A stretch of 64,000 nucleotides of DNA from Candidatus Kerfeldbacteria bacterium RIFCSPLOWO2_02_FULL_42_19 (GTDB lineage Bacteria; Patescibacteriota; Patescibacteriia; HO2-48-17), in NCBI GenBank assembly GCA_001818315.1, contig MHKF01000001.1:2869-66868 (forward strand), written 5' to 3'. A program made the translations under genes and the position numbers. Shown one piece after another: positions 19,118-28,625 of the stretch. A model generated the notes under the pieces. That model was not told where the DNA came from and searched no databases. It saw only the letters and a list, made by a program, of their open reading frames with translations. The stretch's first letter is position 1; each line of letters starts with the position of its first letter.

Positions 19118-20224
19118 ATGCTTTCTCTAGCGAGAAAAAATTTGTTGCACGAAAAACTTCGTTTCCTCATCAGCGTCGGCGGCGTGGCTTTTTCTGTCAT
19201 GCTTATTCTCATCATCCTCGCGTTATATCGCGGATGGAACGAAAAACTCGGCCGGTATGTTGAAGAAGTCGATGCGGATGTTTGGGTGTTGCAAAACGGC
19301 GCATCAGACATGTTCCATTCCACATCACTCTTTCCGGAAGCACTTCTCGACCAGATGAAGAAAGTTGAAGGTGTGGCGCGAGTTGATCCGCTGATTGGCA
19401 GGCGATTGCCAGTGGAAAAAAATGGCGTAGAGGCCATGATGATTATGATTGGATACAATACCGCAACCGGCGCGGGTGGCCCATTGGAAATCGTTGAAGG
19501 ATCAGCGCCAGAGGAGGACGAAATTATCATTGATAGAGCCATGGCGAAAAAACTCCGCGTCAAGGTCGGCGATGGACTGGATATTATCGGCAAAAAGTTT
19601 CGCATCAGCGGTATCAGTAGCGGCGGAAATGTTATAACATTTCAGTATGCGTTTATGCGAATAGAGAATGCGCGCGAATTTATGCAGATGACGAATTTGA
19701 CAAATTACGCGTTGGTATCGTTTGCTCAAGACGTTGATAAAAAAAATGTGACAGAGCGTTTAGAAGAAACACTCCCTGAAGTTGATGTCCTCACTAAATC
19801 CACTTTTGCCGACAACAACCGCAAACAGATCATGGAGGCCTTTGTGCCTATTATTCAAGTACTCGTCGTGATCGGATTTATTGTTGGTATGACTGTTATG
19901 AGTCTCACGATCTACACAGCAACGATCGAAAAAAGTCGCGAATATGGAATATTGAAAGCAATAGGTGCGAGAAACCGTCATCTCTACAGAATTATTTTTA
20001 CGCAAAGCGGTATCGCCGGAACCGTCGGTTCCGTGTTTGGAGTAGGATTAACGTTCGCGATGGCATACATTGTTGGTTATATCGAACCAAGTTTCGTAAC
20101 GTCTATTATTTGGTCCGATATCATCATGGTTTTTGGCATTACCTTACTCATGATCCTTTTTTCGGCTTTTATTCCAATTCGGCGTATTGCCGGTATTGAT
20201 CCTGCTATTGTTTTTAAGACATGA
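19118..20224 (+). CDS. ABC transporter permease, FtsX/MacB-like family
   Basis: N-terminal TM, ~200-aa extracytoplasmic domain, C-terminal FtsX-type 3-TM bundle (...LKAIGARNRHLYRIIFTQS...). Confidence 0.75.
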   Translation: MLSLARKNLLHEKLRFLISVGGVAFSVMLILIILALYRGWNEKLGRYVEEVDADVWVLQNGASDMFHSTSLFPEALLDQMKKVEGVARVDPLIGRRLPVEKNGVEAMMIMIGYNTATGAGGPLEIVEGSAPEEDEIIIDRAMAKKLRVKVGDGLDIIGKKFRISGISSGGNVITFQYAFMRIENAREFMQMTNLTNYALVSFAQDVDKKNVTERLEETLPEVDVLTKSTFADNNRKQIMEAFVPIIQVLVVIGFIVGMTVMSLTIYTATIEKSREYGILKAIGARNRHLYRIIFTQSGIAGTVGSVFGVGLTFAMAYIVGYIEPSFVTSIIWSDIIMVFGITLLMILFSAFIPIRRIAGIDPAIVFKT

Positions 20225-21039
20225 AAATACTCTCTGTTAAAAAAGTACAAAAGATTTTTGGTTCCGGAGAAACGGCAGTCACAGCTGTGGATGATGTCTC
20301 GTTTGAGGTAAAAGCGCGTGAGATTCTCCTGATTATGGGACCTTCCGGATCCGGAAAGACGACGCTCCTTTCAATGATCGGAGGTTTACTTACCCCGACC
20401 GTCGGTTCTATTACGATCAATGGAACAGATATTACAAAAGTATCGCGGAAACAGCTTGCGAAAATACGTTTGCACGAAATCGGATTTGTTTTTCAGTCGT
20501 TTAATCTTTTGCAAAATCTGAGCGGTATGGAAAACGTGCAGTATGTTGGAGAGTTGGCAGGACAGGCATCAGCCGTAGCAAAACAAAAAGCAAGAGAACT
20601 TCTGATAAAACTTCATTTGGAAAACCGGATGCATGCGCTTCCGGCGCAGCTTTCGGGCGGTCAGCAGCAGCGCGTGTCCATTGCTCGTGCGCTCATGAAC
20701 GATCCGAGAATGATTCTTGCAGATGAACCCACAGGAAACCTTGATTCGCGATCCGGACACGAAGTCATGATGCTTTTCCATAACATTGCGAAGGAAGAAA
20801 ATCGGAGCGTTATCATTGTTTCACACGATCAGCGAATTAAGGATATTTCGGATCGGACATTGTGGATCGAAGATGGTCGTGTGCACACTGCACCACCTGA
20901 ACCACAAACGCTAGTACGCGATCCAGTGTGCGGTATGCGTCTGGATCCGCGTTATACGCCATTTGCCAAAATGAAAAACGGACGCGAATATAAATTTTGC
21001 TCAAAAGACTGTTTAGAAAAATTTATTCCAGAAAAATAA
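20221..21039 (+). CDS. ABC transporter ATP-binding protein (MacB/LolD-like) fused to a C-terminal YHS/TRASH-type metal-binding domain
   Basis: Walker A GPSGSGKTT, signature LSGGQQQRV, Walker B ILADEPT; C-terminal VCGMRLDP...EYKFCSKDCLEKF matches the YHS CxxC...FCS..C pattern. Confidence 0.7.
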   Translation: MKILSVKKVQKIFGSGETAVTAVDDVSFEVKAREILLIMGPSGSGKTTLLSMIGGLLTPTVGSITINGTDITKVSRKQLAKIRLHEIGFVFQSFNLLQNLSGMENVQYVGELAGQASAVAKQKARELLIKLHLENRMHALPAQLSGGQQQRVSIARALMNDPRMILADEPTGNLDSRSGHEVMMLFHNIAKEENRSVIIVSHDQRIKDISDRTLWIEDGRVHTAPPEPQTLVRDPVCGMRLDPRYTPFAKMKNGREYKFCSKDCLEKFIPEK

Positions 21040-21052
21040 ATTCCAACACCTT

Positions 21053-21727
21053 ATGCCGATCGAACTGCAGAGCATCATCAAAACTTACCGCATGGGGAGT
21101 GAAAACTTCAATGCACTTGATGGTATCACAGCTACGATAAAAGATGGGGAGTTTATCGCTATTATGGGACCTTCGGGATCCGGTAAATCCACGCTTGCGA
21201 ATATCATCGGTGGACTCGATACTCCGAGTAGTGGAAAGATTTTCGTCAATAAAGAAGACATCTCACGAGCATGGGATAGAGCGCTTTCCCATTATCGCAA
21301 CAAAAAAGTCGGTTTTGTGTTTCAGACCTTTAATCTTCAACCGCATTACACTGCGCTGGAAAATGTCATGTTACCGCTAATTTTTTCTAAAGTGAGGTTG
21401 CGTGCGAGAAAGAAAAAGGCAGTGGCATGCCTTGAAGCCGTGGGCTTAGGTGATCGAATGAAACATAAACCCGGTGAACTTTCCGGCGGTCAACGGCAAC
21501 GTGTAAGCATCGCGCGTTCTCTTGCGAATAATCCCGAAATTATCATCGCTGATGAACCGACGGGCAACTTGGATTCCAAGCGCAGCACCGAAATTATTGC
21601 GCTCCTCAAAAAACTTCGTGAGGAAAAAAATATCACCCTTATCATTATTACTCATGATATGAATATCGCGCATCAGGCTGACCGCGTTATATACATACAG
21701 GACGGTAAAATAAAAAAAGCACGATGA
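21053..21727 (+). CDS. ABC transporter ATP-binding protein (MacB/LolD-like)
   Basis: GPSGSGKST, LSGGQRQRV, IIADEPTGNLD. Confidence 0.85.
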   Translation: MPIELQSIIKTYRMGSENFNALDGITATIKDGEFIAIMGPSGSGKSTLANIIGGLDTPSSGKIFVNKEDISRAWDRALSHYRNKKVGFVFQTFNLQPHYTALENVMLPLIFSKVRLRARKKKAVACLEAVGLGDRMKHKPGELSGGQRQRVSIARSLANNPEIIIADEPTGNLDSKRSTEIIALLKKLREEKNITLIIITHDMNIAHQADRVIYIQDGKIKKAR

Positions 21728-23148
21728 AATTTTTTGACTACATACGAATGGCTCTCGGTAATCTCTGGCGGCGTAAGTTGCGTTCGTTTCTAACGATCAT
21801 TGCCGTAGTTATAGGCGCTGTAGCAGTGCTCACACTCACGACGCTTGTTGTTACGGCTTCTTCGGTATTTATGAAACAGCTGGATGCAATGGGTATTTTG
21901 ACCCAGGTAACGGTCACGCCAAGCAATGTAGAAGTTCAAGGGCCTTTTGGAGGTGGGTTTATGGGTGATGGCGAGGAGGGAATAAAATTGGACGATACAA
22001 TCATTGAAAAGATAGAAAAAATTCCACATGTGGTGGCGGTGAGTGGACAAACATATGTCCGGGGATTCAAATCCGTGCGTCTCGAAGGCACAGAAAAAAA
22101 GTTTAGTGCTCAATTGCAAGCTAATCACGCAAACAAAGCCTCCGACGGAACTATGGTTGCAGGAAGAAATTTTCTACAAGGAGAAAAGAACAAAGTTATC
22201 ATAGGTCAGTGGTACGCAAAAAAATTTGGCTTTGAGGAAAAGAACATCGCAAATATTATTGGAAAAAAAGTTATTTTTACCACAGAAGAAGGTTTTTCCG
22301 GCTATGGCGTAGATCTGGCGCAACCGCCGCAGGAGGGAAATAATAAAGAATGGTGGGAAGAACAGAATAAAAAGACGTATGATATAGAGGCGGAAATTGT
22401 TGGAGTACTTATGTCCGGACCCGGAACCGACGGACCAGAAATATATATCACCATGGACTGGGCGCATGACATTATGATACGCCGCTGGTGGGAAGCAGAT
22501 GGAGAAGCGGGAAAGGAACAGGAAAAAAAGGGAATATACGAACCTTGGCCAATGATAATCGTTACGGAGGATGAACTCGATAAACGCGGTTACGGGATGC
22601 TTATAGTCCGCGCTGACAGTACACAAACCGTAGTAGGCGTTGCGAGTGACATTGAAAAGCTTGAAAATTTGGGTCTAGGCACAATTACCCCACAGGATAT
22701 GTTGGATGAACTCCAGAAAATTTTTACGGTACTCGGAGTGATACTTACTGCTATAGGTGGCATTTCTCTTGCAGTCGCATCACTCGGAATTATTAATACC
22801 ATGGTGATGGCGACGTATGAACGCACGCGGGAAATAGGGGTGATGCGCGCCTGTGGAGCGCGAAGGAGTACGATTCGCAACCTCTTCACTATGGAAGCAA
22901 GTCTCATCGGATTTTTGGGTGGGATGATAGGCGTGGGGATTTTGTTTGGGATGGTAAAGATTGGAAATATTTACGGCAATCAATTTTTGGAGGAACAGAA
23001 TATACCACTACAGAATATCATTGACCCGCCACTTTGGTTAACCCTCGGTGTGATCGGATTCACGACCATCATCGGAACGATTGCGGGTCTCTATCCTGCC
23101 TTTCGCGCGGCACGGCTGAACCCGGTGGATGCTTTACGGCATGAGTAA
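21724..23148 (+). CDS. ABC transporter permease, MacB-like (periplasmic core domain + FtsX)
   Basis: N-terminal TM, large periplasmic domain, C-terminal FtsX helices (GVMRACGARRSTIRNLF...); 4-nt overlap with the upstream ATPase. Confidence 0.75.
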   Translation: MKFFDYIRMALGNLWRRKLRSFLTIIAVVIGAVAVLTLTTLVVTASSVFMKQLDAMGILTQVTVTPSNVEVQGPFGGGFMGDGEEGIKLDDTIIEKIEKIPHVVAVSGQTYVRGFKSVRLEGTEKKFSAQLQANHANKASDGTMVAGRNFLQGEKNKVIIGQWYAKKFGFEEKNIANIIGKKVIFTTEEGFSGYGVDLAQPPQEGNNKEWWEEQNKKTYDIEAEIVGVLMSGPGTDGPEIYITMDWAHDIMIRRWWEADGEAGKEQEKKGIYEPWPMIIVTEDELDKRGYGMLIVRADSTQTVVGVASDIEKLENLGLGTITPQDMLDELQKIFTVLGVILTAIGGISLAVASLGIINTMVMATYERTREIGVMRACGARRSTIRNLFTMEASLIGFLGGMIGVGILFGMVKIGNIYGNQFLEEQNIPLQNIIDPPLWLTLGVIGFTTIIGTIAGLYPAFRAARLNPVDALRHE

Positions 23149-23218
23149 GACGTCAAAATATCTATAAACTCCCTCACGAACCTTAATACATATCGAAAGC
23201 TACTTCATCGCAGCGAGT

Positions 23219-24505
23219 CTATTTTTTATCGCGGATAGCGTAGAGGTAGCCATCGTCAGAAGTAAAATAGAGAGTTCCATCGGCGCCGAGTGCCGGCGCA
23301 GCTTCACTAATACCGCCACCGGTTTTATAGCGCCATACAAGTTCACCTTTTTTATTGATCGCATACATATATCTATCGAGCGATCCCATGTATACAACGC
23401 CGTCTTTATCAACGACTGGGAAACTCGGAAGACCAAATTTGTCGGTTTCATCAGGATCAGCGCCGGTCTGATAGGTCCATTTGACGGTTTGCGTATCCGG
23501 ATTGACCGCAGAAATAACGCCATCGGAATTACCAATATAGATCGTTCCATCTGCGGCAACAGCAGGAGTGATGATACCCGCAACATCATCTGAGGCAAAG
23601 AGACGCTGTAAATCTTCTCCATCGTCGCCGCCGGGAGGTGTACCGTCGCCATTATCATCTGAGTCATCATCACCGCCTCCTGTATCTGGTCCCATTTTCC
23701 ATTTCAGTTCACCAGAGGCTTTCATTGCAAAGAGTGCAGGTGCAGCAGGAAAATAAAGCACTCCATCCACATTAATAGCAGGTGAACCTACACGTGTCTG
23801 TTCTGTATCATATTTCCATTTGAGTTTTCCTTTTGAGGTGAGTGCGTAAATATTGCTATCCGGCCCAGCGTGCGCATCTCCGCCACCAAAGAAAATAACA
23901 TTATCTTTGTTAATACTAGCGGGATAGGAAAGTGCGCCATCTGTTTTGTATTTCCATTTGAGTTTTCCGTTTGGTTTGACAGCATACAGATAGCCATCCC
24001 AACTGCCTTGATAAATCACTTCATCCGGACCAATAGTCGGGCCAAAGAGAGCTTTATCTTTCATTTTGATTTGCCATTGCTTTTTTCCATTATCCGCGTG
24101 CAAGGCAAAGAGCGCATTCTCGCCGGCGAAATAAAGCATTTTTCCGTCAGCTGATAAAGCCGGTCCCTGGACATTGGTATATTTTTTAGACCATTTGAGT
24201 TTGCCATTACTTTTGAGCGCAAGAATTTTTTCTGGACTGCCAACAAAAATAGTTCCATCCGCAGCGACAGCAGCACTATTCGGTGGGGCTGAATTTTTTT
24301 CTCCACTCCCAGCTTTAAATTTCCACAGCAGTTTTCCATCGCGAGGTCCTTTCACCGCAACATATCCGCTGTGATCATAATTGCCATGGAACATGGGCCA
24401 CGGATGATCGCTTTTTGGTTTCCATCCAAAAGCCGCATTTGCAAACACGATACCGATAAACGTAAGACCTAAAACAAAAAGAGGGAAGAGACGTTTGTGA
24501 GGCAT
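23219..24505 (-). CDS. PQQ-repeat beta-propeller protein (BamB-like fold), N-terminally anchored, with an acidic Gly/Asp-rich insert
   Basis: Repeated G(K/E)LKWKYKT / DG.LY motifs typical of PQQ/WD-like blades; insert GGGDDDSDDNGDGTPPGGDDGED. Confidence 0.7.
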   Translation of the reverse strand: MPHKRLFPLFVLGLTFIGIVFANAAFGWKPKSDHPWPMFHGNYDHSGYVAVKGPRDGKLLWKFKAGSGEKNSAPPNSAAVAADGTIFVGSPEKILALKSNGKLKWSKKYTNVQGPALSADGKMLYFAGENALFALHADNGKKQWQIKMKDKALFGPTIGPDEVIYQGSWDGYLYAVKPNGKLKWKYKTDGALSYPASINKDNVIFFGGGDAHAGPDSNIYALTSKGKLKWKYDTEQTRVGSPAINVDGVLYFPAAPALFAMKASGELKWKMGPDTGGGDDDSDDNGDGTPPGGDDGEDLQRLFASDDVAGIITPAVAADGTIYIGNSDGVISAVNPDTQTVKWTYQTGADPDETDKFGLPSFPVVDKDGVVYMGSLDRYMYAINKKGELVWRYKTGGGISEAAPALGADGTLYFTSDDGYLYAIRDKK

Positions 24506-24815
24506 AATTTTGTTTGTATGGAATTTAATCTTTTATGAGTATAGCAAAGTCCAGAGCCAACGGTCACGAGAGTGTCTCGCAGAATGTTATTTTTTCGCTT
24601 AAAAGAGAAAAAATAGGGGCACCTTGAGGTATCCTTCTACAGTAGTTTAGTGATTGTTGTTGATGTGAATAAAAGATTCGAGCCAAATCTCTATCATTTC
24701 ATAAAGTGAGTGATTTCTCAATCTATTAGATTTGCGGAGTAAAAAATTTCTGTGTATAATAGAAAAAACTATGATAAACACAATTGCGAAAAACTTAAAT
24801 CTTAAAAATTTTTGT

Positions 24816-25043
24816 ATGATGGGATTCAATACCTTTGGATGGGGTTTTGGCGGCGGCTTTATGATGTTATTTGTTTGGTTGATTGGAATTTTTCTCGTAG
24901 TGCTCGTAGTGAAACTTTTAGTCACAAATGGCAAGTGTCAATCGCATACCCACGCCGAAGAGATTTTAAAAGAACGTTACGCAAAAGGGGAAATGACAAA
25001 AAAAGAATTCGATGAAAAAATTCGTGGCATACGAGGAGAGTAA
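24816..25043 (+). CDS. SHOCT-domain membrane protein (DUF2078-like)
   Basis: Gly-rich TM MMGFNTFGWGFGGGFMMLFVWLIGIFL, then AEEILKERYAKGEMTKKEFDEKI (SHOCT). Start at the internal ATG. Confidence 0.6.
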   Translation: MMGFNTFGWGFGGGFMMLFVWLIGIFLVVLVVKLLVTNGKCQSHTHAEEILKERYAKGEMTKKEFDEKIRGIRGE

Positions 25044-25127
25044 AACGAAAAGAGATACATCGCGGGAAAGTGAATGCTAAAGTTATTTCGCATTTAAATC
25101 TGGCGCACAAGTTTGAACGCGAAAATT

Positions 25128-26411
25128 CTAAAGGTACCTCAAATAAACGTAAACCGTACTTAACAACAGCGCTACGACCGTCATAGGCACGGCAATTTTA
25201 AGATATTCGACGAATCCAATTTTGTGACCTTCACGAGCTGCAATGCCACTGACTATAACATTAGCTGAAGCACCTACGAGAGTTGCATTACCACCAATGT
25301 CAGCGCCGAGCGCAAGCGCCCACCAGAGCGGAAGAATACTGATACCCGAAAGAACGCCGATATCTTGAATCAAAGGAATCATTGTTGCGACAAAAGGTAT
25401 ATTATCAACTATTGCAGAAAATATACCTGAGCCCCAGAGAATAATGATAGTCAAAATTTTGACATCACCGCCAGTCATTTTCAGTACGCTTTCAGCTAAA
25501 ATGCGGATGGCACCAATATGTTCAAGTCCAGCGACAAGCACGAACAGGCCAACAAAGAAGAAAATCGTCGTCCACTCAACATTGCGGAGGTGTTCTTCGG
25601 GGTCATTAAGTGTGAGTAGGAGAAGCAGAGCAGCGCCGGCTAAAGCGATCGTTGCTGCTTCAATGTGAATCATACTGTGCGTAAAGAAACCAAGTAACAC
25701 GATCCCAATGACTATGAGAGATTTTATAAGGAGCGGGACATTCGTAATAGCCTCGCGCGGTTTGAAACGTGTAATCGAAACTCGCGCCTCTGCTGTTGCT
25801 ACGAGAGTTTTACGGAACCAAAGATAGAGGAGAAAAAGAGTCACAACAAAGATTACTATGATGATCGGCATTAAATTGATAAGAAAGTCATTAAAAGAAA
25901 GTCCTGCGGCACTTCCAATCAAAATATTTGGCGGGTCACCAATGAGGGTTGCAGTTCCGCCGATATTCGATAAAAGAATAGTACCAACAATAAAAGGCTT
26001 AGGGTTAAGATTCAAGTTATTTGCAACTACAAAAGTGACGGGCAACAGAAGCAGTACGGTTGTGACATTATCAAGGAATGCAGAAAACAGTGCAACAATA
26101 CCGCCAAGCAAAATAAAAATAGGGATTGGTTTCCCTCGACCGATTTTCGATGCAAGTATCGCAACGTATTGAAACATCCCACAATCTTTAGCAATCGTGA
26201 CAATAATCATCATACCAATCAGCAACCCCAGTGTGTTAAAATCTATACCTTCAATGGCCTGCTCTTGCGTCAGCACACCGAGCAGGATCATGAGGAGCGC
26301 ACCAGCAAGCGCTATAACCGTACGATGTATTTTTTCAGAAATGATAATCACGTAAGTCGCCAGGAAAATTCCAAGAGTAGCATAAAATAAAAAATTCAAT
26401 TGCGGTTCCAT
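25128..26411 (-). CDS. ArsB/NhaD-family anion permease (CitMHS/SLC13-like)
   Basis: ~12 TM; duplicated ...GGTATLIGDPPNILIG... / ...GGNATLVGASANVIV... hairpin motifs. Start chosen at MEPQL (the track ATG 26438 is also possible). Confidence 0.7.
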   Translation of the reverse strand: MEPQLNFLFYATLGIFLATYVIIISEKIHRTVIALAGALLMILLGVLTQEQAIEGIDFNTLGLLIGMMIIVTIAKDCGMFQYVAILASKIGRGKPIPIFILLGGIVALFSAFLDNVTTVLLLLPVTFVVANNLNLNPKPFIVGTILLSNIGGTATLIGDPPNILIGSAAGLSFNDFLINLMPIIIVIFVVTLFLLYLWFRKTLVATAEARVSITRFKPREAITNVPLLIKSLIVIGIVLLGFFTHSMIHIEAATIALAGAALLLLLTLNDPEEHLRNVEWTTIFFFVGLFVLVAGLEHIGAIRILAESVLKMTGGDVKILTIIILWGSGIFSAIVDNIPFVATMIPLIQDIGVLSGISILPLWWALALGADIGGNATLVGASANVIVSGIAAREGHKIGFVEYLKIAVPMTVVALLLSTVYVYLRYL

Positions 26412-26438
26412 ATTGATAGTGTTAGGAGATAATAACAA

Positions 26439-26915
26439 TTAATCCTCCGTGAGACCTAAAACCTCTCCCATAGCCCGTTTGATATCGGTACGATTGATAT
26501 AACCTATTAGGATGCCGTCTTGATCGACAACAGGCAGTTGCCGGATATGAAATTCAGAGAGAAGTGTAGCAGCCTCAATCAACGTATGATCGGGTTTTAT
26601 TGTGTGAACGCGACTCGTCATACATTCTGCAATAGAATGATTCGCAATATCGCGGACACGCTTTTCAAACATTTTTCCAGATTCAAAGGTCGCGAGGTGC
26701 TTATCTTCCTCTAAATAATCCGGAACGACGTATTCAATGATATCCCAGCTCGAAAGGATCCCTACGACTTTTTTATTTTTATCTACAATGACAAGACCGT
26801 TGGTTTTGTGTCGCAGCATCTTTTGAATTGCATCCGCAATCGTTGCATCTTCGTGAAGTGTTGTGACTTTTGTGCTCATAAATTCCTCAACCCGATACTG
26901 TTTTTTTTCTGGCAT
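26439..26915 (-). CDS. CBS-domain pair protein
   Basis: Two CBS repeats (...GLVIVDKNKKVVGILSSWDII... / ...IRQLPVVDQDGILIGYINRTDI...); immediately upstream of, and co-directional with, the permease. Confidence 0.75.
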   Translation of the reverse strand: MPEKKQYRVEEFMSTKVTTLHEDATIADAIQKMLRHKTNGLVIVDKNKKVVGILSSWDIIEYVVPDYLEEDKHLATFESGKMFEKRVRDIANHSIAECMTSRVHTIKPDHTLIEAATLLSEFHIRQLPVVDQDGILIGYINRTDIKRAMGEVLGLTED

Positions 26916-27445
26916 AGAATTTTAAAGGGTTACAAATAAATGGCATGTAGAATCGCATGAACATGATTATTATAGTTAATGTGATACAAAAATTCAAGCA
27001 AATTGAATATGAGAGTATAATAGAAAAAGGAAGTGTAAAAATCATTAGAGGATCAAAAGTATAACGCTTAAAAGCCCTGAAATAAAAAAATATACACTTT
27101 TATGCAACGAAGTCATCCGCACACGCCAGTGTTAGACTATCATCTCATCACAGCCGGCATTTATATCGGTACCAATCAATATTGCCAAACACATTTTGAT
27201 AAAAGACTCGCAAAGGAGGGTATAACCGCTGATATTTCTTTAGAGGAGGAGAGACTCGATGCGCCATTCGGTGTAGATTTTTTTATTTAGATTCCAGTGC
27301 AGGATCATAAAGCTCCAGAACCTGATCAACTTGAGTTTGGTGTTATGGCTCTTAAAAAGTAAGACGTCATATTTGTTTCTGACATGAAGGGCAATGCCGT
27401 ACTTTTTATTGCAATTTTTTATTTGAAAAATTCGAACTTACAATA

Positions 27446-27522
27446 TGGCGGGGCCGAAGGGACTCGAACCCTCGACTTCCTGCGTGACAGGCAGGCGCTC
27501 TAACCAACTGAGCTACGACCCC
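27446..27522 (-). tRNA. tRNA-Asp (anticodon GUC)
   Basis: Reverse complement GGGGTCGTAGCTCAGTTGGTTAGAGCGCCTGCCTGTCACGCAGGAAGTCGAGGGTTCGAGTCCCTTCGGCCCCGCCA; anticodon loop CTGTCAC. Confidence 0.8.
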
Positions 27523-27616
27523 CATATGTAGTTTCAATGCCCATGCTTTGTCGATTGTACTATGATATACTGCAGTTGTAAAGAAAAATTTTGAAAAAAT
27601 TACTCCCGCTATCACT

Positions 27617-27922
27617 ATGAAAATCGCAGTGCCGCAAAATTTGTCGGTTAATGTACGAACACTCATGCAACGAGCGGGGTATCACGTGTTTCGAGATCCG
27701 AATACGTTGAACGATAGTTTTGTAATGCGCTTAGGAAGAAGTTTTTATCCTCGGTATCACGTGTATCTTCACACTACCGAGCGTGGCCCGCTGCTTGATA
27801 TACATTTCGATATGAAGCGGGCGAGTTACCAAGGACAACGAGCGCATAGTGGAATCTACGAAGGGGCAGATATCGAGGAAGAAGTAGCACGGCTCAAACG
27901 CTGGATCGCTTATTTTCACTAG
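27617..27922 (+). CDS. Hypothetical protein (101 aa)
   Basis: ORF only; no family recognised. Confidence 0.3.
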   Translation: MKIAVPQNLSVNVRTLMQRAGYHVFRDPNTLNDSFVMRLGRSFYPRYHVYLHTTERGPLLDIHFDMKRASYQGQRAHSGIYEGADIEEEVARLKRWIAYFH

Positions 27923-28063
27923 AGAATATAAAAAAAGAGAAAGAAAACGACATGTGATCAAATGTGACAGTTAAGAATAATTTTTTTTGGACAACTGACA
28001 GTGAATGAAAAAGGTTGCAAAATTTTTAAAAAATTGCTATAATAAAAATGTAAAAATTAAAAT

Positions 28064-28414
28064 ATGGCTATGCTTCCACCACTTTTAGAAAGTTTTATAA
28101 ACGACCTCCTTGTCGAAGCGCATCTCGAAAGTATGCCTGATGACGTCAAAGAAGCGTATACAATCAAAGTTGCCGAAGCGATAGAAAAACGCCTTGGTTT
28201 GGAATCCCTCAAAGTTTTACAAAAAAAAGATATACAGGAAATGAATCAACGCATGACAGATGGAAAGCTCGCAGATAGTGAAGCAATGTTTGCTTTTTTT
28301 CAAGAAAAAATTTCTGATTTTGATGCGTTCCTCGCACGAATTTTGCTTGAATTCCGTAAAGATTTCGTTCAAAGTGCGCAGCAAGCGCGTAATATTCAAA
28401 AAACTTCTTCTTAA
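28064..28414 (+). CDS. Hypothetical protein (116 aa, helical/acidic)
   Basis: ORF only; upstream of the giant gene. Confidence 0.3.
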   Translation: MAMLPPLLESFINDLLVEAHLESMPDDVKEAYTIKVAEAIEKRLGLESLKVLQKKDIQEMNQRMTDGKLADSEAMFAFFQEKISDFDAFLARILLEFRKDFVQSAQQARNIQKTSS

Positions 28415-28426
28415 GTTTAGGTTGCT

Positions 28427-28621
28427 ATGGCAGGCGGAACACTTTCTCAAGAGCAGAGAACACGACTTGCTCAGACGCTGATACGTATGAGTCAAGCTTT
28501 TTTACGATATAGACAAGCTATTATGCAGCTTGGAAAGGAATATTTAGCGCTACTTCGAAACATACAGCAACATCAAGAGCAACAAAAAATTCAAAAAATA
28601 CTTGAGGAAATAAAAAAATAA
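28427..28621 (+). CDS. Hypothetical small helical protein (64 aa)
   Basis: ORF only; 4 nt before the giant gene. Confidence 0.3.
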   Translation: MAGGTLSQEQRTRLAQTLIRMSQAFLRYRQAIMQLGKEYLALLRNIQQHQEQQKIQKILEEIKK

Positions 28622-28625
28622 AATT

